A DNA stretch of 64,000 nucleotides from Deltaproteobacteria bacterium (GCA_029261795.1 JAJDAP010000064.1:3420-67419), one strand, 5' to 3'. Positions 49,992 to 61,296 are shown, counted from the first letter of the stretch. Program-made: numbers and translations. Notes: generated from the sequence alone by a model not told the origin.

Positions 49992-52885
49992 CGTGACAGA
50001 CCGCGAACGACAGAGCAGCCGCGTCCCTCGAGTCTCCGGCGAAGACGACCCAGTTCGATCTCGAGTTCGTCGGCCTTCGTCCCGTTTACGGAACCCGACC
50101 GAGCCACCTGTTCGATCTCCTCGCAAAGCGCTCCGACCCGCTTCGCGCCGATCTCGAAGCTGCTCGATTTGAGCCGGTGGGCGGCGCGCGCCACCTCCTC
50201 GGCGTTTCCGCATGCGACTGCGGCGCAGATGACCTCCCCCAACGGGAACGATGTCTCCAGATAGAGGGAGACCACGCGCTCGACGAGGCCCGAGTCGACG
50301 GCACCAGGGATCTCTTCAAGCTGCTCCAAGACGGACTCATCGAGAACCTCTTTGGCCTCGACTCGCAGCTCGACATCGCGAGATTCGGGCGGCGCCCCTC
50401 CCGCGTCCGAGCGGGTGTCTTCGGGTACCCAGCGAGTGACCATGGCCGCGAGACCCGAGCGTGAGAACGGCTTCGTCAGGAAGTCGTCCATGCCCGCCTC
50501 CATACAGCGGTCCCGATCTTCTTGCATCGCGTGCGCGGTCAACGCGACGATCGGTGTGCGTGGTGCAGGCGTCGACCCGTCTTGTCCGCGCTCCCAGCGG
50601 CGAATGCACTCCGTGGCGCTGAAGCCGTCCAACTCCGGCATCTGGCAGTCCATGAAGACGAGATCGTAGAGGGAGTTGCACACGGCCTCGAACGCGAGGC
50701 GTCCATCGCTGACGACAGTCACGATGCAGCCGAGGTCTTCGAGCATCGCGGAGGCAACCTCCTGGTTCACCTCGTTGTCCTCGGCGAGGAGCACTCGCCG
50801 GGCGAAGGTTGGGTGTTCTCGCGGCTCAGAATCATCCGCGCGCTCGGGTCGGTTCGCATCGGGCGCGAGTTCGACACGACCCTGGACTACGCTCAAGAGT
50901 GCCCGGCGCAGGTCCCTTCTCCGGATGGGCTTGGTCAGATGTGCAGCGACGTTGAGATCGGCCAGCTCTGGGCCGGACAATCCGACGCCCACTGAGGTCA
51001 ATAGAACCAGCCTGGTGTCGGCCAGGGCCGCGTCGTCGCGAATCGCCTCGGCCGCTTCCAATCCGGTCATTCCAGGCATCATCATGTCGAGCAGCACGAT
51101 CTCGTAGGGCTCTCCCGCCCCCGCAGCGAGCCGCAGCTCGTCGAGGGCGTTCCAGCCGTTCGACGCCATGCCAACGCGGCAACCCCAGCCGGCGAGGTGT
51201 TGGCACAGGATTCGCCGATTGGTTGTGTTGTCGTCGACGATCAGCGCGCGAAGATCCTCGAGCGCCGGGCTCACGTCCGGCAGGTCGTCGACCGCGACGA
51301 CCTGGGCCGGCACCGTGAACCAGAAGTGGGAACCGCCCGTCGGCCGGTTCTGCAAGCCGATTTCACCAGCCATGAGGTCGACGAGCTGTTGGCAGATTGC
51401 CAGCCCCAAGCCCGTACCGCCGAAGCGCCTCGCCATGGACTCGTCGACTTGGGTGAAGGCGCCGAAGATCCGCGATCGATCGGCGTCCGGGACCCCGACG
51501 CCGGTGTCCAATACGTCGAAGCGAATCGTAGTCGGCGATCCCCAGCTCTCGTCATCAGGGCCATCGGCACGAACCTCGATGACCACCTCGCCCGCGTCAG
51601 TGAACTTGAGGGCATTGCCAACGAGATTGGTGAGGATCTGGCGAAGTCTGAGTGGATCGACTCGGACGCACGGGGGGACCGAGTCGTCGATGGCACAAAC
51701 CATCTCGATCCTCTTGCGTCCTGCTGGTTCCGCTAGCAGGTCGACCACGTCCTCGACTAGCTCTCGAACGTCGGTGTCCGCGTGCTCGAGCGTCAGCCTG
51801 CCCGCCTCTGCCTTGGAGAAGTCCAGGATCTCGTTGATTACCGCGAGTAGACTCTCTGCAGATGTCTGAATCGTGCGCGCGAACTTCCTCTGGCTCGGGC
51901 CGAGTTCGGTCTCGAGAAGCAGCTCGGTCATCCCGAGGACGCCGTTCATGGGTGTCCGGATCTCGTGACTCATGTTCGCGAGGAATTGGGACTTCGCCTG
52001 GTTCGCGGCCTCCGCCTGCTCTGCCAGCGCAACTGCCTTTTCGGTGGCACTCTGGAGATCGAGGGTCCGCTCCTCCACCTTCATCTCGAGGCTTTGGCGA
52101 TAGCTCTCCACCTCGGTCCGGTAGCCACGCAGGTGCTCGAGCATTCGGTTGAAGGCGCGCGAAAGCTCACCGATCTCGGCGTCACCCGAGATCTTCAGGT
52201 CCTGGTCGAAGCGACCTTGAGCGATGTCGTGAGTCACTCGTGCGAGTTCTTGGATCGGCGCGGCGATGCGCCGGGTCAAGAGCACCGTCAGGGCGGTTCC
52301 GAACAGCACGAGCACCGTGGTAACAAGCAGCGTCGAGAGCTGGTACTCACGCGTTTCCACTCGCATCCGCTCGTGGCTGAGACCGAGCTGCACGAAACCA
52401 ACCAGCTCCTTTGTCCCAGGCGAGTCGGGGAACAGGACATCGGGCCGCTGGTGCACCTGACTGACGACGGGCATCAGAATCGACGTGTAGTTCTTTCGGC
52501 TGGTGGGACTCTGGAAGTCCTCATACCGCACTTCGGATGGAGGGGCGCCCACGTGGGTGGGGACCTTCACATCGCGCGCCATCAGCTCGCTCGTCAACAT
52601 GCGCATCTCATCGTCGAAGATGGCGACGAACGCGATGTCCTCATCCGCCTCCAGACTCTGCGCGATCCCACGGAGGATCGTCGGGTCCGCCGTGTAGATC
52701 CCGTACTCGGAGTTCTGGGCCAGCATCGCGGCCGTGGTCGTGCCCTTTCGAACTAGCTTGTCGTAGTTGTTGATGCGGCCCTGGACCGTGACGTAGGTCC
52801 CGATCCCGAGCGATGTGGTGACGATGAGCGCGATCGTGAGTGCGTTGAACTTGCTAGACAAGCCCATCCGAAGTCGGAACGTCAT
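49988..52885 (-). CDS. Hybrid sensor histidine kinase (HAMP, HisKA, HATPase, 2 REC, Hpt)
   Basis: [50 protein letters not shown]. Confidence 0.95.
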   Translation of the reverse strand: MTFRLRMGLSSKFNALTIALIVTTSLGIGTYVTVQGRINNYDKLVRKGTTTAAMLAQNSEYGIYTADPTILRGIAQSLEADEDIAFVAIFDDEMRMLTSELMARDVKVPTHVGAPPSEVRYEDFQSPTSRKNYTSILMPVVSQVHQRPDVLFPDSPGTKELVGFVQLGLSHERMRVETREYQLSTLLVTTVLVLFGTALTVLLTRRIAAPIQELARVTHDIAQGRFDQDLKISGDAEIGELSRAFNRMLEHLRGYRTEVESYRQSLEMKVEERTLDLQSATEKAVALAEQAEAANQAKSQFLANMSHEIRTPMNGVLGMTELLLETELGPSQRKFARTIQTSAESLLAVINEILDFSKAEAGRLTLEHADTDVRELVEDVVDLLAEPAGRKRIEMVCAIDDSVPPCVRVDPLRLRQILTNLVGNALKFTDAGEVVIEVRADGPDDESWGSPTTIRFDVLDTGVGVPDADRSRIFGAFTQVDESMARRFGGTGLGLAICQQLVDLMAGEIGLQNRPTGGSHFWFTVPAQVVAVDDLPDVSPALEDLRALIVDDNTTNRRILCQHLAGWGCRVGMASNGWNALDELRLAAGAGEPYEIVLLDMMMPGMTGLEAAEAIRDDAALADTRLVLLTSVGVGLSGPELADLNVAAHLTKPIRRRDLRRALLSVVQGRVELAPDANRPERADDSEPREHPTFARRVLLAEDNEVNQEVASAMLEDLGCIVTVVSDGRLAFEAVCNSLYDLVFMDCQMPELDGFSATECIRRWERGQDGSTPAPRTPIVALTAHAMQEDRDRCMEAGMDDFLTKPFSRSGLAAMVTRWVPEDTRSDAGGAPPESRDVELRVEAKEVLDESVLEQLEEIPGAVDSGLVERVVSLYLETSFPLGEVICAAVACGNAEEVARAAHRLKSSSFEIGAKRVGALCEEIEQVARSGSVNGTKADELEIELGRLRRRLEGRGCSVVRGLSR

Positions 52886-52898
52886 TGTTGACCTCCCA

Positions 52899-53846
52899 TC
52901 ATCGGAAAACCATGTCGGCGTCGCGCACGAGATCCGGGGGAAGGTCGATCTTCAGATGCTCGGCAGTCCGAAGATTGAGCGCGTAGAGCACCTTGCGAGG
53001 AGTGGCAGGGGGGATCGAAGTGGCGCGTCTGCCGCCGAGGACCTGTGTGGCCATCTCTCCGCACTGTGCGCCCAGGTCTTCGTAGTCGCGATCGAGCGCG
53101 TAGAGGGCGCCGGCCTTGACCCACGAAGCCGACAGTCCAGAGAACGGAATCCGATGGCGGAAGGAGAAGAGGAGGATTGCCTGCGCAGTCTGCCTCGACA
53201 GCACCATCTGATCGGTCACTCCCCAGAGCAGATCGGCCTCTCGGGACAGATCGTCTAGCGCGTCGGGTAGATCCTGGGGCCGATGCACCTCGCGAGCGAT
53301 GAGCTCCAGCCCGAGCCGCTTGGCAATCTTCCGCGCAGCGCGGATCTCGTCGTCATTCTCACCCGGGTTGTAGACGACACCGATCGTGCGGCTCTCGGGC
53401 GAGAACTTGCGGATCCACTCGAGCTGGGTTTCCAACGGGAAGTCGAGCAGAACGCCAGTCGCGTTCTCCGCCCCCCGTAGTTCGTGGGAGTCGACCACCA
53501 TGCACGCGATAATGGGTGCGTCACCTGGCGACTCCAGGGCCGCGCGGGTAGCCACCGAGCCAATCGTGAGAATCGGATGGCCCCTCTGTTGGCGAGCGAG
53601 CCTCAACGCGTCCATCGCTTCGTCAGGCTCCAGTTGGATGGAGTGCACCTCGATGGGCCTGGCCAGACCCGACTCCCGAAGGGAGCGCTGGATCCCGGAA
53701 ACCACGGCTTGGTACGGCCCGTCCTGTCGGCTTGTCACCACGACAACGGGAGGGTCCGGATCTCCGTACGCTCCGCTCGACAGCGCGGCCGGCGTGAACA
53801 TCAGTACTGCGATCAAGGCAGCTGTCAGATGGCGGGTTCTGTTCAA
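52899..53846 (-). CDS. ABC-type substrate-binding-like periplasmic protein
   Basis: Signal peptide, IGVVYNP, VKAGAL, LNLRTA. Confidence 0.8.
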   Translation of the reverse strand: MNRTRHLTAALIAVLMFTPAALSSGAYGDPDPPVVVVTSRQDGPYQAVVSGIQRSLRESGLARPIEVHSIQLEPDEAMDALRLARQQRGHPILTIGSVATRAALESPGDAPIIACMVVDSHELRGAENATGVLLDFPLETQLEWIRKFSPESRTIGVVYNPGENDDEIRAARKIAKRLGLELIAREVHRPQDLPDALDDLSREADLLWGVTDQMVLSRQTAQAILLFSFRHRIPFSGLSASWVKAGALYALDRDYEDLGAQCGEMATQVLGGRRATSIPPATPRKVLYALNLRTAEHLKIDLPPDLVRDADMVFR

Positions 53847-53865
53847 GACACGTGCTCTGGTTGGC

Positions 53866-55956
53866 TCAGAAAGCGTATTTGATCTTCAGCCAGTAGCTAC
53901 GGCCGTCCTGCCGGATCCGGTCCTGGACATGCTCACCAGATCCTGGGTCCCAGAAGACTTCGCCGAAGAGGTTCCTGACGTTTGCAGAGAGCTCCAGGCC
54001 CTTGAGCAGGTTGGTACTCAGCAGTGTTAGGTTGGTCGTGGAGTAGCCGCCTGTCGTGTCTCGAGCCAACGTCGTTCGCTCACTCACATAGGCAATCTCG
54101 AGACCCGCCGTTAGGCGATCCTCGATGATGGGAACGCTGGCTGTCAGATTCGCGAGGTGTGTGGGCGAGTTCGTCAAGCCCTTGCCCGTGCGTCGATCCA
54201 TCGCCTCCTGGATCGCGTAGCTGAATCTTCCGGAGACTCCGTAGATTTCCGGTCCTCCGAACTCGAGCTGGAGTTCGAGACCCTTGGCCTCGGTATTTCC
54301 CCTGTTCTGGAACACCAGCAGTCCGTCCGAGGGATCCGCCTCCTGACTGATCAGATCGTCGATCCGGTAGAAGTAGACGGTCGCGGTCGCTCGGAGATGC
54401 TTGGCGAGGGCGTGCTCCACAACCAGCTCGTAGGTCGCAATGTTCTCCGGATCGAGATCGGGGTTCGCTTTGAACCCGGTGCCTACGTAGAAGCGCTCAT
54501 AGGCGTTGGGAGCGCGGAACGCCTCGCCGTAGAGCGCCTTCACCGTGGTCTGATCGAAATGCCGGATCAGGGCCACCCGCGGACTGACCGTGCCGCCGAA
54601 CGACTCGTATTGGTCGTAGCGAACACCCGCGTTGAGAATCAGGTTCTCCGAGATCTGGAACTGATCCTGAGTGAAGAGTGCCCAGCTCCTGTGGGATCCC
54701 TTCTCGTCCAAGTAGACGATCTCCGGATCGGTGTCGGCGTTCCAGAGGTCCTGGCGGAAGTTGTCGCGGAACTCCAGGCCGGCCGTGACGTTGTGCCGAT
54801 CGAAGGCCCTCGACTCCACCATCAGCTCCGTACCCCACCACTCTCCCGTCGACCTGTCCTGATTCAGGACGAGGTCCGGGGTGGCCGTGCCGGAGACATC
54901 GTAGAGGTAGTCGCCTTGGTAGTAGAACCGGTCGTAATAGATCCGGCCCTCGAAGTCGGTCTCCTGCGAGATCTCGGTCTCGTACTTCAGCGAGAGATAG
55001 CCGTGCTCATCGGTCGAGCGCGTCTCCGTCGTCGGGAAGAAGGTGCCGTACGAGGCGGTGGGGATACCCTTCTCGCGGGACACGAAGCCGCCCTGAAGAG
55101 TGAACTCGCGGAACGAAAGCTTCCCAAAGAAGCTCGGGTACTTGTCGTCATCCGCGTCACGGGTGACCCCGTTGCCCGTCTGCGGGTCGTCGAACTCCCT
55201 GAAGTAGAGACGCCCGCGCCCTTCGCTGTCGAAGTAGGAGCCGGAGAGGATCAGCTCGGCTCCGTTCGAGAACTTGTCGCCATAGGTCCCCCGAACTTTT
55301 CGTGAGGACCAGCTTCCGAGCTCACTCGAGATCTCGAGGCCCCGAAGGTCGCGACCTCGCTTCGTGACGACGTTGATGACTCCGAAGAAAGCGTTCGTTC
55401 CATAGAGTGAGGAACTCGGTCCTCGGATCACCTCGATGCGATCGATCAGGTCGACGTCGACGAGGGATTCGGTACCCAGGCCCGCCTGATCGTAGAGGTT
55501 GTCGTTCAGCCGGTGGCCGTCGACGAGAAGGAGTACGCGTGTGTTGAAGTCGCCCGGGCGGTTGAACCCGCGAACACCGAGGTAGTTGTAGTTGCGATCG
55601 TAGGTGACGAAGAACCCGGGAACGCTCTGCAAGACTTCCGCGACCGTCCGGTAGCCATGCACCTTGATGTCGTTCGACGTGACGAGCGTGACGAAGGAGG
55701 GGGCCTCCGTCACCTTCTGCTCGAACTTCGACGCCCCGTAGACTGACGGTATCTCCTGGAAGATGATGGCTTCTTCTCCCGCAGGAGCAGGCTCGATATC
55801 AGCATAGGCGGCCGTGCCAAGACCGACAGCGAGCAGCTGTGAGCCGACGATCAGACCCACCGCGAAGTCACGTCGAACCGCGCGCACTGTTTCGGACCAG
55901 TGGATACCGTGGACGATGTTAGGTTGTCTGCCTTGCATGGTGACCGCCTTGTGCAC
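53866..55956 (-). CDS. TonB-dependent receptor
   Basis: Plug motif IDRIEVIRGPSSSLYG..GVIN; C-terminal Phe. Confidence 0.92.
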   Translation of the reverse strand: MHKAVTMQGRQPNIVHGIHWSETVRAVRRDFAVGLIVGSQLLAVGLGTAAYADIEPAPAGEEAIIFQEIPSVYGASKFEQKVTEAPSFVTLVTSNDIKVHGYRTVAEVLQSVPGFFVTYDRNYNYLGVRGFNRPGDFNTRVLLLVDGHRLNDNLYDQAGLGTESLVDVDLIDRIEVIRGPSSSLYGTNAFFGVINVVTKRGRDLRGLEISSELGSWSSRKVRGTYGDKFSNGAELILSGSYFDSEGRGRLYFREFDDPQTGNGVTRDADDDKYPSFFGKLSFREFTLQGGFVSREKGIPTASYGTFFPTTETRSTDEHGYLSLKYETEISQETDFEGRIYYDRFYYQGDYLYDVSGTATPDLVLNQDRSTGEWWGTELMVESRAFDRHNVTAGLEFRDNFRQDLWNADTDPEIVYLDEKGSHRSWALFTQDQFQISENLILNAGVRYDQYESFGGTVSPRVALIRHFDQTTVKALYGEAFRAPNAYERFYVGTGFKANPDLDPENIATYELVVEHALAKHLRATATVYFYRIDDLISQEADPSDGLLVFQNRGNTEAKGLELQLEFGGPEIYGVSGRFSYAIQEAMDRRTGKGLTNSPTHLANLTASVPIIEDRLTAGLEIAYVSERTTLARDTTGGYSTTNLTLLSTNLLKGLELSANVRNLFGEVFWDPGSGEHVQDRIRQDGRSYWLKIKYAF

Positions 55957-56092
55957 GCGGGTGCCCTGGACTCAGTGAGCTGGGTCACAGACACTCCGCC
56001 TTGGTCTTATCGTGCGGAGCGGGGTCGACCTTGAGAGGCCCCGGGCTTGGGCGCGCAACCACCAGGCAACTCGGCGAAGAAGTCGCGGAAGT

Positions 56093-56458
56093 TCAACCTG
56101 AAGTTCGAGTGATCAGCCAGCCGAGACAGACCATCACATTGGCGGCGACGACCTGATCCAGAAGCTGCCATTGGAGGAACCTGCCCTCGAGGACCGCGAC
56201 TCCCACGATCGTGACGGTGAACCACACAAGGGCTTGGATCTCTGCGAACACGATACCTGCCTCAGCTAGGTACCGGACCGCACCGAAGTAGAGACCTATC
56301 CCGACGACGAAGCTCCCGGTCGCGCGCGCGGCTTCGATCCAGACCACCTTCCCTTCGCGCCACATGCCGGCTGCGTACGAGAATGCCAATGCGTCAAAGA
56401 TCCCCGATGCGACCGTCAGCACCACGATGAAGCCCGCGAGTTGCAGGGTCGGCGGCAA
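56093..56458 (-). CDS. Small four-TM membrane protein (SMR/DMT-like)
   Basis: Four hydrophobic segments in the last ~120 aa of ORF 56093-56842; start uncertain. Confidence 0.55.
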   Translation of the reverse strand: MPPTLQLAGFIVVLTVASGIFDALAFSYAAGMWREGKVVWIEAARATGSFVVGIGLYFGAVRYLAEAGIVFAEIQALVWFTVTIVGVAVLEGRFLQWQLLDQVVAANVMVCLGWLITRTSG

Positions 56459-56460
56459 GA

Positions 56461-57246
56461 TCAGCGACCGTCCGTGGATTCGCTTTGCTTTGTCGCGACG
56501 GCGAATATCAGGCCCGAGTAGTCGCGCGTCGGTCGATCCGCCTGGACCGAACGAATCTCGATGGTCTTCCTCTTGAAGCCCTCTTCGTCGAGAACCTCGA
56601 AGAGATCCTCTTCTGAGATGTCGACGGCTGGGAACCACCTGGATCCCACCGAGTAACTGGTGGCCCCGCTGAGTGCGGACATGATGAGTGTCCCTCCAGG
56701 CTTCAGGAGCGAAACGATATTGGCGAAGAAAGACCGCCACTCGCTTCGGTCCGAGGTTGCCGATTCGGCGCAGAAATTCGTCACGAGGACGTCGTAGGCG
56801 CTTTCCGGCCCGTCGATCGAGTGGAGCCGGGAGGCGTCGCAACGCAGGAGTTGGGTCACCTTCGAACGGATCTCATCCTCGCGCCGGGCAACGGCCGCAT
56901 CGGAGCAGGGCGGTCCGGTCTCGAGTTCGAGTACCTCCCGGACGAACGCGGTCCAGTCGAATGCAGCAGCGTCGCGCGCGAGCCAACGCTCGACCTCTTT
57001 CAAGTTCGACGCGAGGAAATCGCAGAAGTGGATCTCGTCGACCTTGGCGACCGCCGAGATCAGCGGGTAGATGGTGGGCCCGCCACCAAAGTCGAGCATC
57101 CGCCCGCCCGCGGGCAGGTCCCGGTACGAGTCGAACAGGAATCGAAGGAGAGCCCGGTTCTCAGCACCAACGTCTCCGTAGTACTCGTTCAGATAGGCTG
57201 CGGGATCGAACTGATCCCAATCGAGAAGGGGGACCTCTGCGGCCAT
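56461..57246 (-). CDS. NNMT/PNMT/TEMT-family SAM methyltransferase
   Basis: FDPAAYLNEYY, LDFGGGPTIY, AFDW, FCAESA, LLKPGG, Y.VG..F. Confidence 0.85.
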   Translation of the reverse strand: MAAEVPLLDWDQFDPAAYLNEYYGDVGAENRALLRFLFDSYRDLPAGGRMLDFGGGPTIYPLISAVAKVDEIHFCDFLASNLKEVERWLARDAAAFDWTAFVREVLELETGPPCSDAAVARREDEIRSKVTQLLRCDASRLHSIDGPESAYDVLVTNFCAESATSDRSEWRSFFANIVSLLKPGGTLIMSALSGATSYSVGSRWFPAVDISEEDLFEVLDEEGFKRKTIEIRSVQADRPTRDYSGLIFAVATKQSESTDGR

Positions 57247-57247
57247 C

Positions 57248-57721
57248 TCAGTCGTCCCAACCCTGGCTCGAGTAGATCGCGATGGCCAGCGCACAGACCG
57301 GCTGACCCTCACACGTAACACCCGTGACTTCGCGCTCGTTCTTGCCGTAGTCGTAGACTCTCGATTCCTTCATCGATTCGAGGGTCGTGTCGATTGCGTT
57401 CTCGACGGCCCGACGGCTCGACCCGTGCAACTCGACGAACAGTCCTCGACCGGTCTCGCTCTCCTGCGTCCACCCCAGCCCGGCCCAAGCCTCTTCACCC
57501 ACGCAAGTAGCTCCCTCTCTCGCCATCACCACGTAGAGCCGGTGCCCATATTCGGCGGGAGGCGTGCAGAACCGCGCCCGCTCCAGCTTGCCACCGGGTG
57601 GAATAACCGAGGAGAGCTGAATCAAGTTGTAGTTCTCGACTCCGGCGTTCTGCAGGGCAGCGTCGAAGGCCCCAAGCGGAGTAGGCCCGGTACCGGTTGC
57701 CGAGACGATACGAATCCGCAT
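57248..57721 (-). CDS. Pyruvoyl-dependent arginine decarboxylase
   Basis: AFDAAL..AGVENYNLIQLSSVIP (Ser-Ser self-cleavage motif). Confidence 0.85.
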   Translation of the reverse strand: MRIRIVSATGTGPTPLGAFDAALQNAGVENYNLIQLSSVIPPGGKLERARFCTPPAEYGHRLYVVMAREGATCVGEEAWAGLGWTQESETGRGLFVELHGSSRRAVENAIDTTLESMKESRVYDYGKNEREVTGVTCEGQPVCALAIAIYSSQGWDD

Positions 57722-58051
57722 TCAGTCCTTCCATGCTCGCGCGGTCGCCTTTTGTGGGGCGGAGATGCGGCGTTATGACTCGTATCGGTGCCATCCACCG
57801 TGATCTTGAGCACGAGCGCATCTCTGACCGAGCAGCCAATGTGGTGCGGCCGGTCGTCGAACTTTGCCTGTCTGCTGGGAGCTGCTCTCATCTATGCGAG
57901 AACATCCTCGAGATCCGACTCCCAGCCGCACCAGCTGTGTGTTCGAATCGTGGCGGAATCGGTTCGGTCATCGACCGCGCTCGCTGAGTCGTCGGGCGAA
58001 CGTACGGCACACGGTTACAACGCGGGCAGCGATAGCGGAGCGGTTGCCTAG

Positions 58052-58361
58052 CTATTGCTGGCGCTTGGCGAGCTTCCCGCAAGACTCAAGTCCCATCAAA
58101 GGTCTCTCACCTCCGATGGCAATGAAGCTGTTCCCCACGGAACTCCTTGGAGTCATTGGGGAAACTTGGCACGCCAGGAGGGACGGAATCGTCCAAGGAC
58201 TCAACCCCGGTTTCTTCCCGAGATCCCCGTGGTTGAGGCGCTCTTCGAGCCGCTTGACTTTGATGTGATCGCCGAACGTCTGAGGGCCATTCGGAAAGGG
58301 ACCGGGAATCAAGCACTTACGGCTGACCCGTCTCGATGGCAAGAAGGCAAACGCACCCATG
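58052..58361 (-). pseudogene. Truncated HTH module, copy C
   Basis: AFLPSRRVSRKCLIPGPFPNGPQTFGDHIK.. then similarity is lost after SPWTI. Confidence 0.8.
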
Positions 58362-58373
58362 CAAGTGCGGCTT
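58333..58373. repeat. attR site 3 (1-bp insertion in the element arm)
   Basis: TGGCAAGAAGGCAAACGCAC-CCATG-CAAGTGCGGC. Confidence 0.85.
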
Positions 58374-58845
58374 CTTCCAGTCCGGCGTCCGCGATTGCCG
58401 CTGCGACGAGGGATCCATCGCGAACGACAACGCCAAGCTATCCGGCCCGTTGCTCGACCGCGTGGATCTCCACGTCGCAGTACAGCCGGTTCCCTGGCGC
58501 GAGTTGAACAGCGCCGATCGCCCGGTCGGGGATTCCAGTGCCGTGGTCCGCGACCGCGTGATACTCGCGCGAGAGATCCAGACCCGGCGCCTCTCCGGCC
58601 TGACCCGCGCGGACCAGACGCCCTACACCACCAACGCGAGCATCCCGGTCGACCGGCTCGATGCGCTCATCCGTCCGACGCCGGACGCGCGTCAGTTGCT
58701 AGGCCGAGCCGTCGAGCGCCTCGGCCTCTCGGCCAGGGCCGCCCACCGCAGCCTGCGCGTGGCGCGCACGATCGCGGACCTGGCCGGCGAGGAGCGGATT
58801 CGAGCCGAGGCGATGGCGGAAGCGGTGGGGCTGCGGAGCGGCTGA
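58357..58845 (+). pseudogene. comM: comM 3' half, copy 2
   Basis: 58357-58502 near-identical to 47094-47239, then diverged but still homologous (LSARAAHR..RVARTIADL). Confidence 0.92.
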
Positions 58846-59119
58846 TCAACGAGATGGCTTTGCGTTCAGGGCGTTCGGCATCCGCCTCCTCGAACCGCCA
58901 CACCCCCGCGGGGCTGAACATCCTGGGCGCCCGGAGTGTCGGAGATTGTGCCTGGGCGCCGAGAATCGTCACTTTCGAACCGGTCGGTCAGACCCGGAAA
59001 AGAGCGAAATGTCCATGAAACCGAGGAGTTGGAAGAAGTGGGAGGCACTGGCACGCGGCCTGCAAAACCACATCAACACGGGAGCCCGGCAGACCGTAGA
59101 GGGCCCAGGGGGACTTGAG

Positions 59120-59329
59120 ATGGCACATAGCGCAGCGATCAACTTCGAGGGCCTGGCTCATGCCGAGGCAGAGCAGGCGGTTCAGACGACACTCCTCGAG
59201 CTGGTCCAGACCGTGGGCGAATTGACCGAAGACGACCGCGAAGTCGTGCAGACCGTCGTAGAACTACTCCGCAGCGGGCGCGTCCGATTGATCGGGAACT
59301 TTCGCGGGCAGCGGCTCGCCGAAGCCTGA
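59120..59329 (+). CDS. Small hypothetical protein
   Basis: TTLLELVQTV..DDREVV..V.ELLRSGRVRLIGNFRG; host-like codon usage. Confidence 0.6.
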   Translation: MAHSAAINFEGLAHAEAEQAVQTTLLELVQTVGELTEDDREVVQTVVELLRSGRVRLIGNFRGQRLAEA

Positions 59330-59508
59330 CACCCGAGTCCCGCCGGGATCCACGAAACGGGCCATACGCCTCCATTTCAGCCTCGATCGGGGCGCTGGAG
59401 CCGGAGCCACCCCGGAAGGCCCCGCGGGGGAGAGTGAGGCGGCTGGGGCATCCGAGCCTTGCCGCCACCCCGTCAGGTGAGGATCATCCTCGCCCAGGGG
59501 GTTCGAGG

Positions 59509-61296
59509 ATGAGCAAGCAGGGGAGCTTCGCCTTCGGTGAGAAGGGCGGGAGCGCCGCGGTCACCGCTGCGGGCGCCAAGAGCGGCAGCAGTTCGCGGAA
59601 GGCCACCAAGAAGAAGGCGGCAAAGCCGGCCAAACGCAAGACGGCGCGCAAAGCGCCGAAGGCCTCTACGCCTGCCGCGAAGAGACCGGCCGCCAAGCCG
59701 GCGGCCAAACCGGCGGCCAAGCGCGAGCGTACGCGTTCCGACGCGACCGAGATGGCGACGAAGCAACGAGACATCTCGGTCTCGGAATTCTTCGCCAAGA
59801 ATCGCCACCTGCTCGGCTTCGACAATCCCTCGAAGGCCCTGCTCACGACCGTGAAGGAAGGCGTCGACAACTCGCTCGATGCCTGTGAAGAAGCCGGCAT
59901 CCTTCCGGACATCCGCGTCGAGATCCATCAGCTCGACGAAACGCGCTTCCGGATCGCGATCGAGGACAACGGCCCGGGGATCGTCAAGGCCCAGGTGCCC
60001 AAAATCTTCGGACGTTTGTTGTACGGCTCGAAGTTCCACCGCTTGCGTCAGAGCCGCGGCCAACAAGGCATCGGCATCAGCGCCGCCGGCATGTATGGCC
60101 TGCTGACAACCGGAAAGCCCGTCCGGATCGTGACGCGCACGGGCAGGAGAAAGCCTGCACATCTGTTCGAACTCGTGATGGACACCAAGACCAACGACCC
60201 GAAGGTGAAGCGCGACGAGACCCTCGACGATTGGCACAAGGAGCACGGCACCCGCGTCGAGATCGAGCTCGAGGGCTCCTACCGAGGCGGCCAGCATTCC
60301 GTCGAGGCGTACATCCGACAGATCTCGCTGGCGAACCCGCATGCGGCGATCGAATACCTGCCGCCGAATCCGAGCAAGACGAACGGAACGGTGGAGCTGG
60401 TGCGCGTCACCAATGAACTCCCGCCCGAGACCGCCGAGATCAAACCCCACCCCTACGGCGTGGAACTCGGTGTGCTGATGCAGATGTTCCGGGACACGCG
60501 CGCGCGCAACGTTCGTGGTTGCCTACACACGGATTTCAGTCGTGTCTCGGGAAGGACCGCCGACGATATCTGCGCGCGCGCCGGCGTGAAGAACACGCGG
60601 AGGCCTTCGGAGGTCACCCGCGATCAGGCCGAGAGCATCTACAAGGCGATCCAGAAGACGAAGCTGATGGCGCCGCCGACGGATTGCATCGCACCGATCG
60701 GAGAGGATCTCCTCGAGGCCGCACTGAAGGCCGAGGTGAAGGCCGACTTCTATGCCTCGGTCACCCGCAAGCCGACGGTCTATCGCGGCAATCCCTTCAT
60801 GATCGAAGCGGCCATCGCTTATGGCGGTGAGCTTTCCGGCGACGATTCCGCCACGGTCTATCGCTTCGCGAACCGCGTGCCGTTGCAATACCAGCAGGGC
60901 GCCTGCGCCGTGACCAAGGCCGTCACCGGCACCGACTGGAAGTCCTACCAGATGCAGCAGCCCCGGGGCGCATTGCCGGTGGGTCCGATGGTAGTCATGG
61001 TGCACATCGCATCGGTCTGGGTGCCCTTCACTTCCGAGAGCAAGGAAGCGGTCGCGCACTACCCTGAGATCATCAAGGAGATGCGCCTGGCGTTGCAGGA
61101 GTGCGGGCGACGCGTCGCCACCCACATCCGCAAGCGCCGCCGCGAAGCCGACGAAGCCAAGAAGCGCGCCTACATCGAGAAGTACATTCCCCAGGTCGCC
61201 GTCGGCCTGCAGGAGATCCTGGGCTTCTCGGACAAGGAACGCGACAAGGTGGTCACGAACCTCACCGACGTCCTCGAAAAAAGCAGGAAGCTCTAG
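59509..61296 (+). CDS. top6B: DNA topoisomerase VI subunit B
   Basis: SVSEFF.KN..LLGF, KEGVDNSLDA, EDNGPGI, SRGQQGIG, RFANRVPL, VPFTSESKE. Confidence 0.95.
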   Translation: MSKQGSFAFGEKGGSAAVTAAGAKSGSSSRKATKKKAAKPAKRKTARKAPKASTPAAKRPAAKPAAKPAAKRERTRSDATEMATKQRDISVSEFFAKNRHLLGFDNPSKALLTTVKEGVDNSLDACEEAGILPDIRVEIHQLDETRFRIAIEDNGPGIVKAQVPKIFGRLLYGSKFHRLRQSRGQQGIGISAAGMYGLLTTGKPVRIVTRTGRRKPAHLFELVMDTKTNDPKVKRDETLDDWHKEHGTRVEIELEGSYRGGQHSVEAYIRQISLANPHAAIEYLPPNPSKTNGTVELVRVTNELPPETAEIKPHPYGVELGVLMQMFRDTRARNVRGCLHTDFSRVSGRTADDICARAGVKNTRRPSEVTRDQAESIYKAIQKTKLMAPPTDCIAPIGEDLLEAALKAEVKADFYASVTRKPTVYRGNPFMIEAAIAYGGELSGDDSATVYRFANRVPLQYQQGACAVTKAVTGTDWKSYQMQQPRGALPVGPMVVMVHIASVWVPFTSESKEAVAHYPEIIKEMRLALQECGRRVATHIRKRRREADEAKKRAYIEKYIPQVAVGLQEILGFSDKERDKVVTNLTDVLEKSRKL

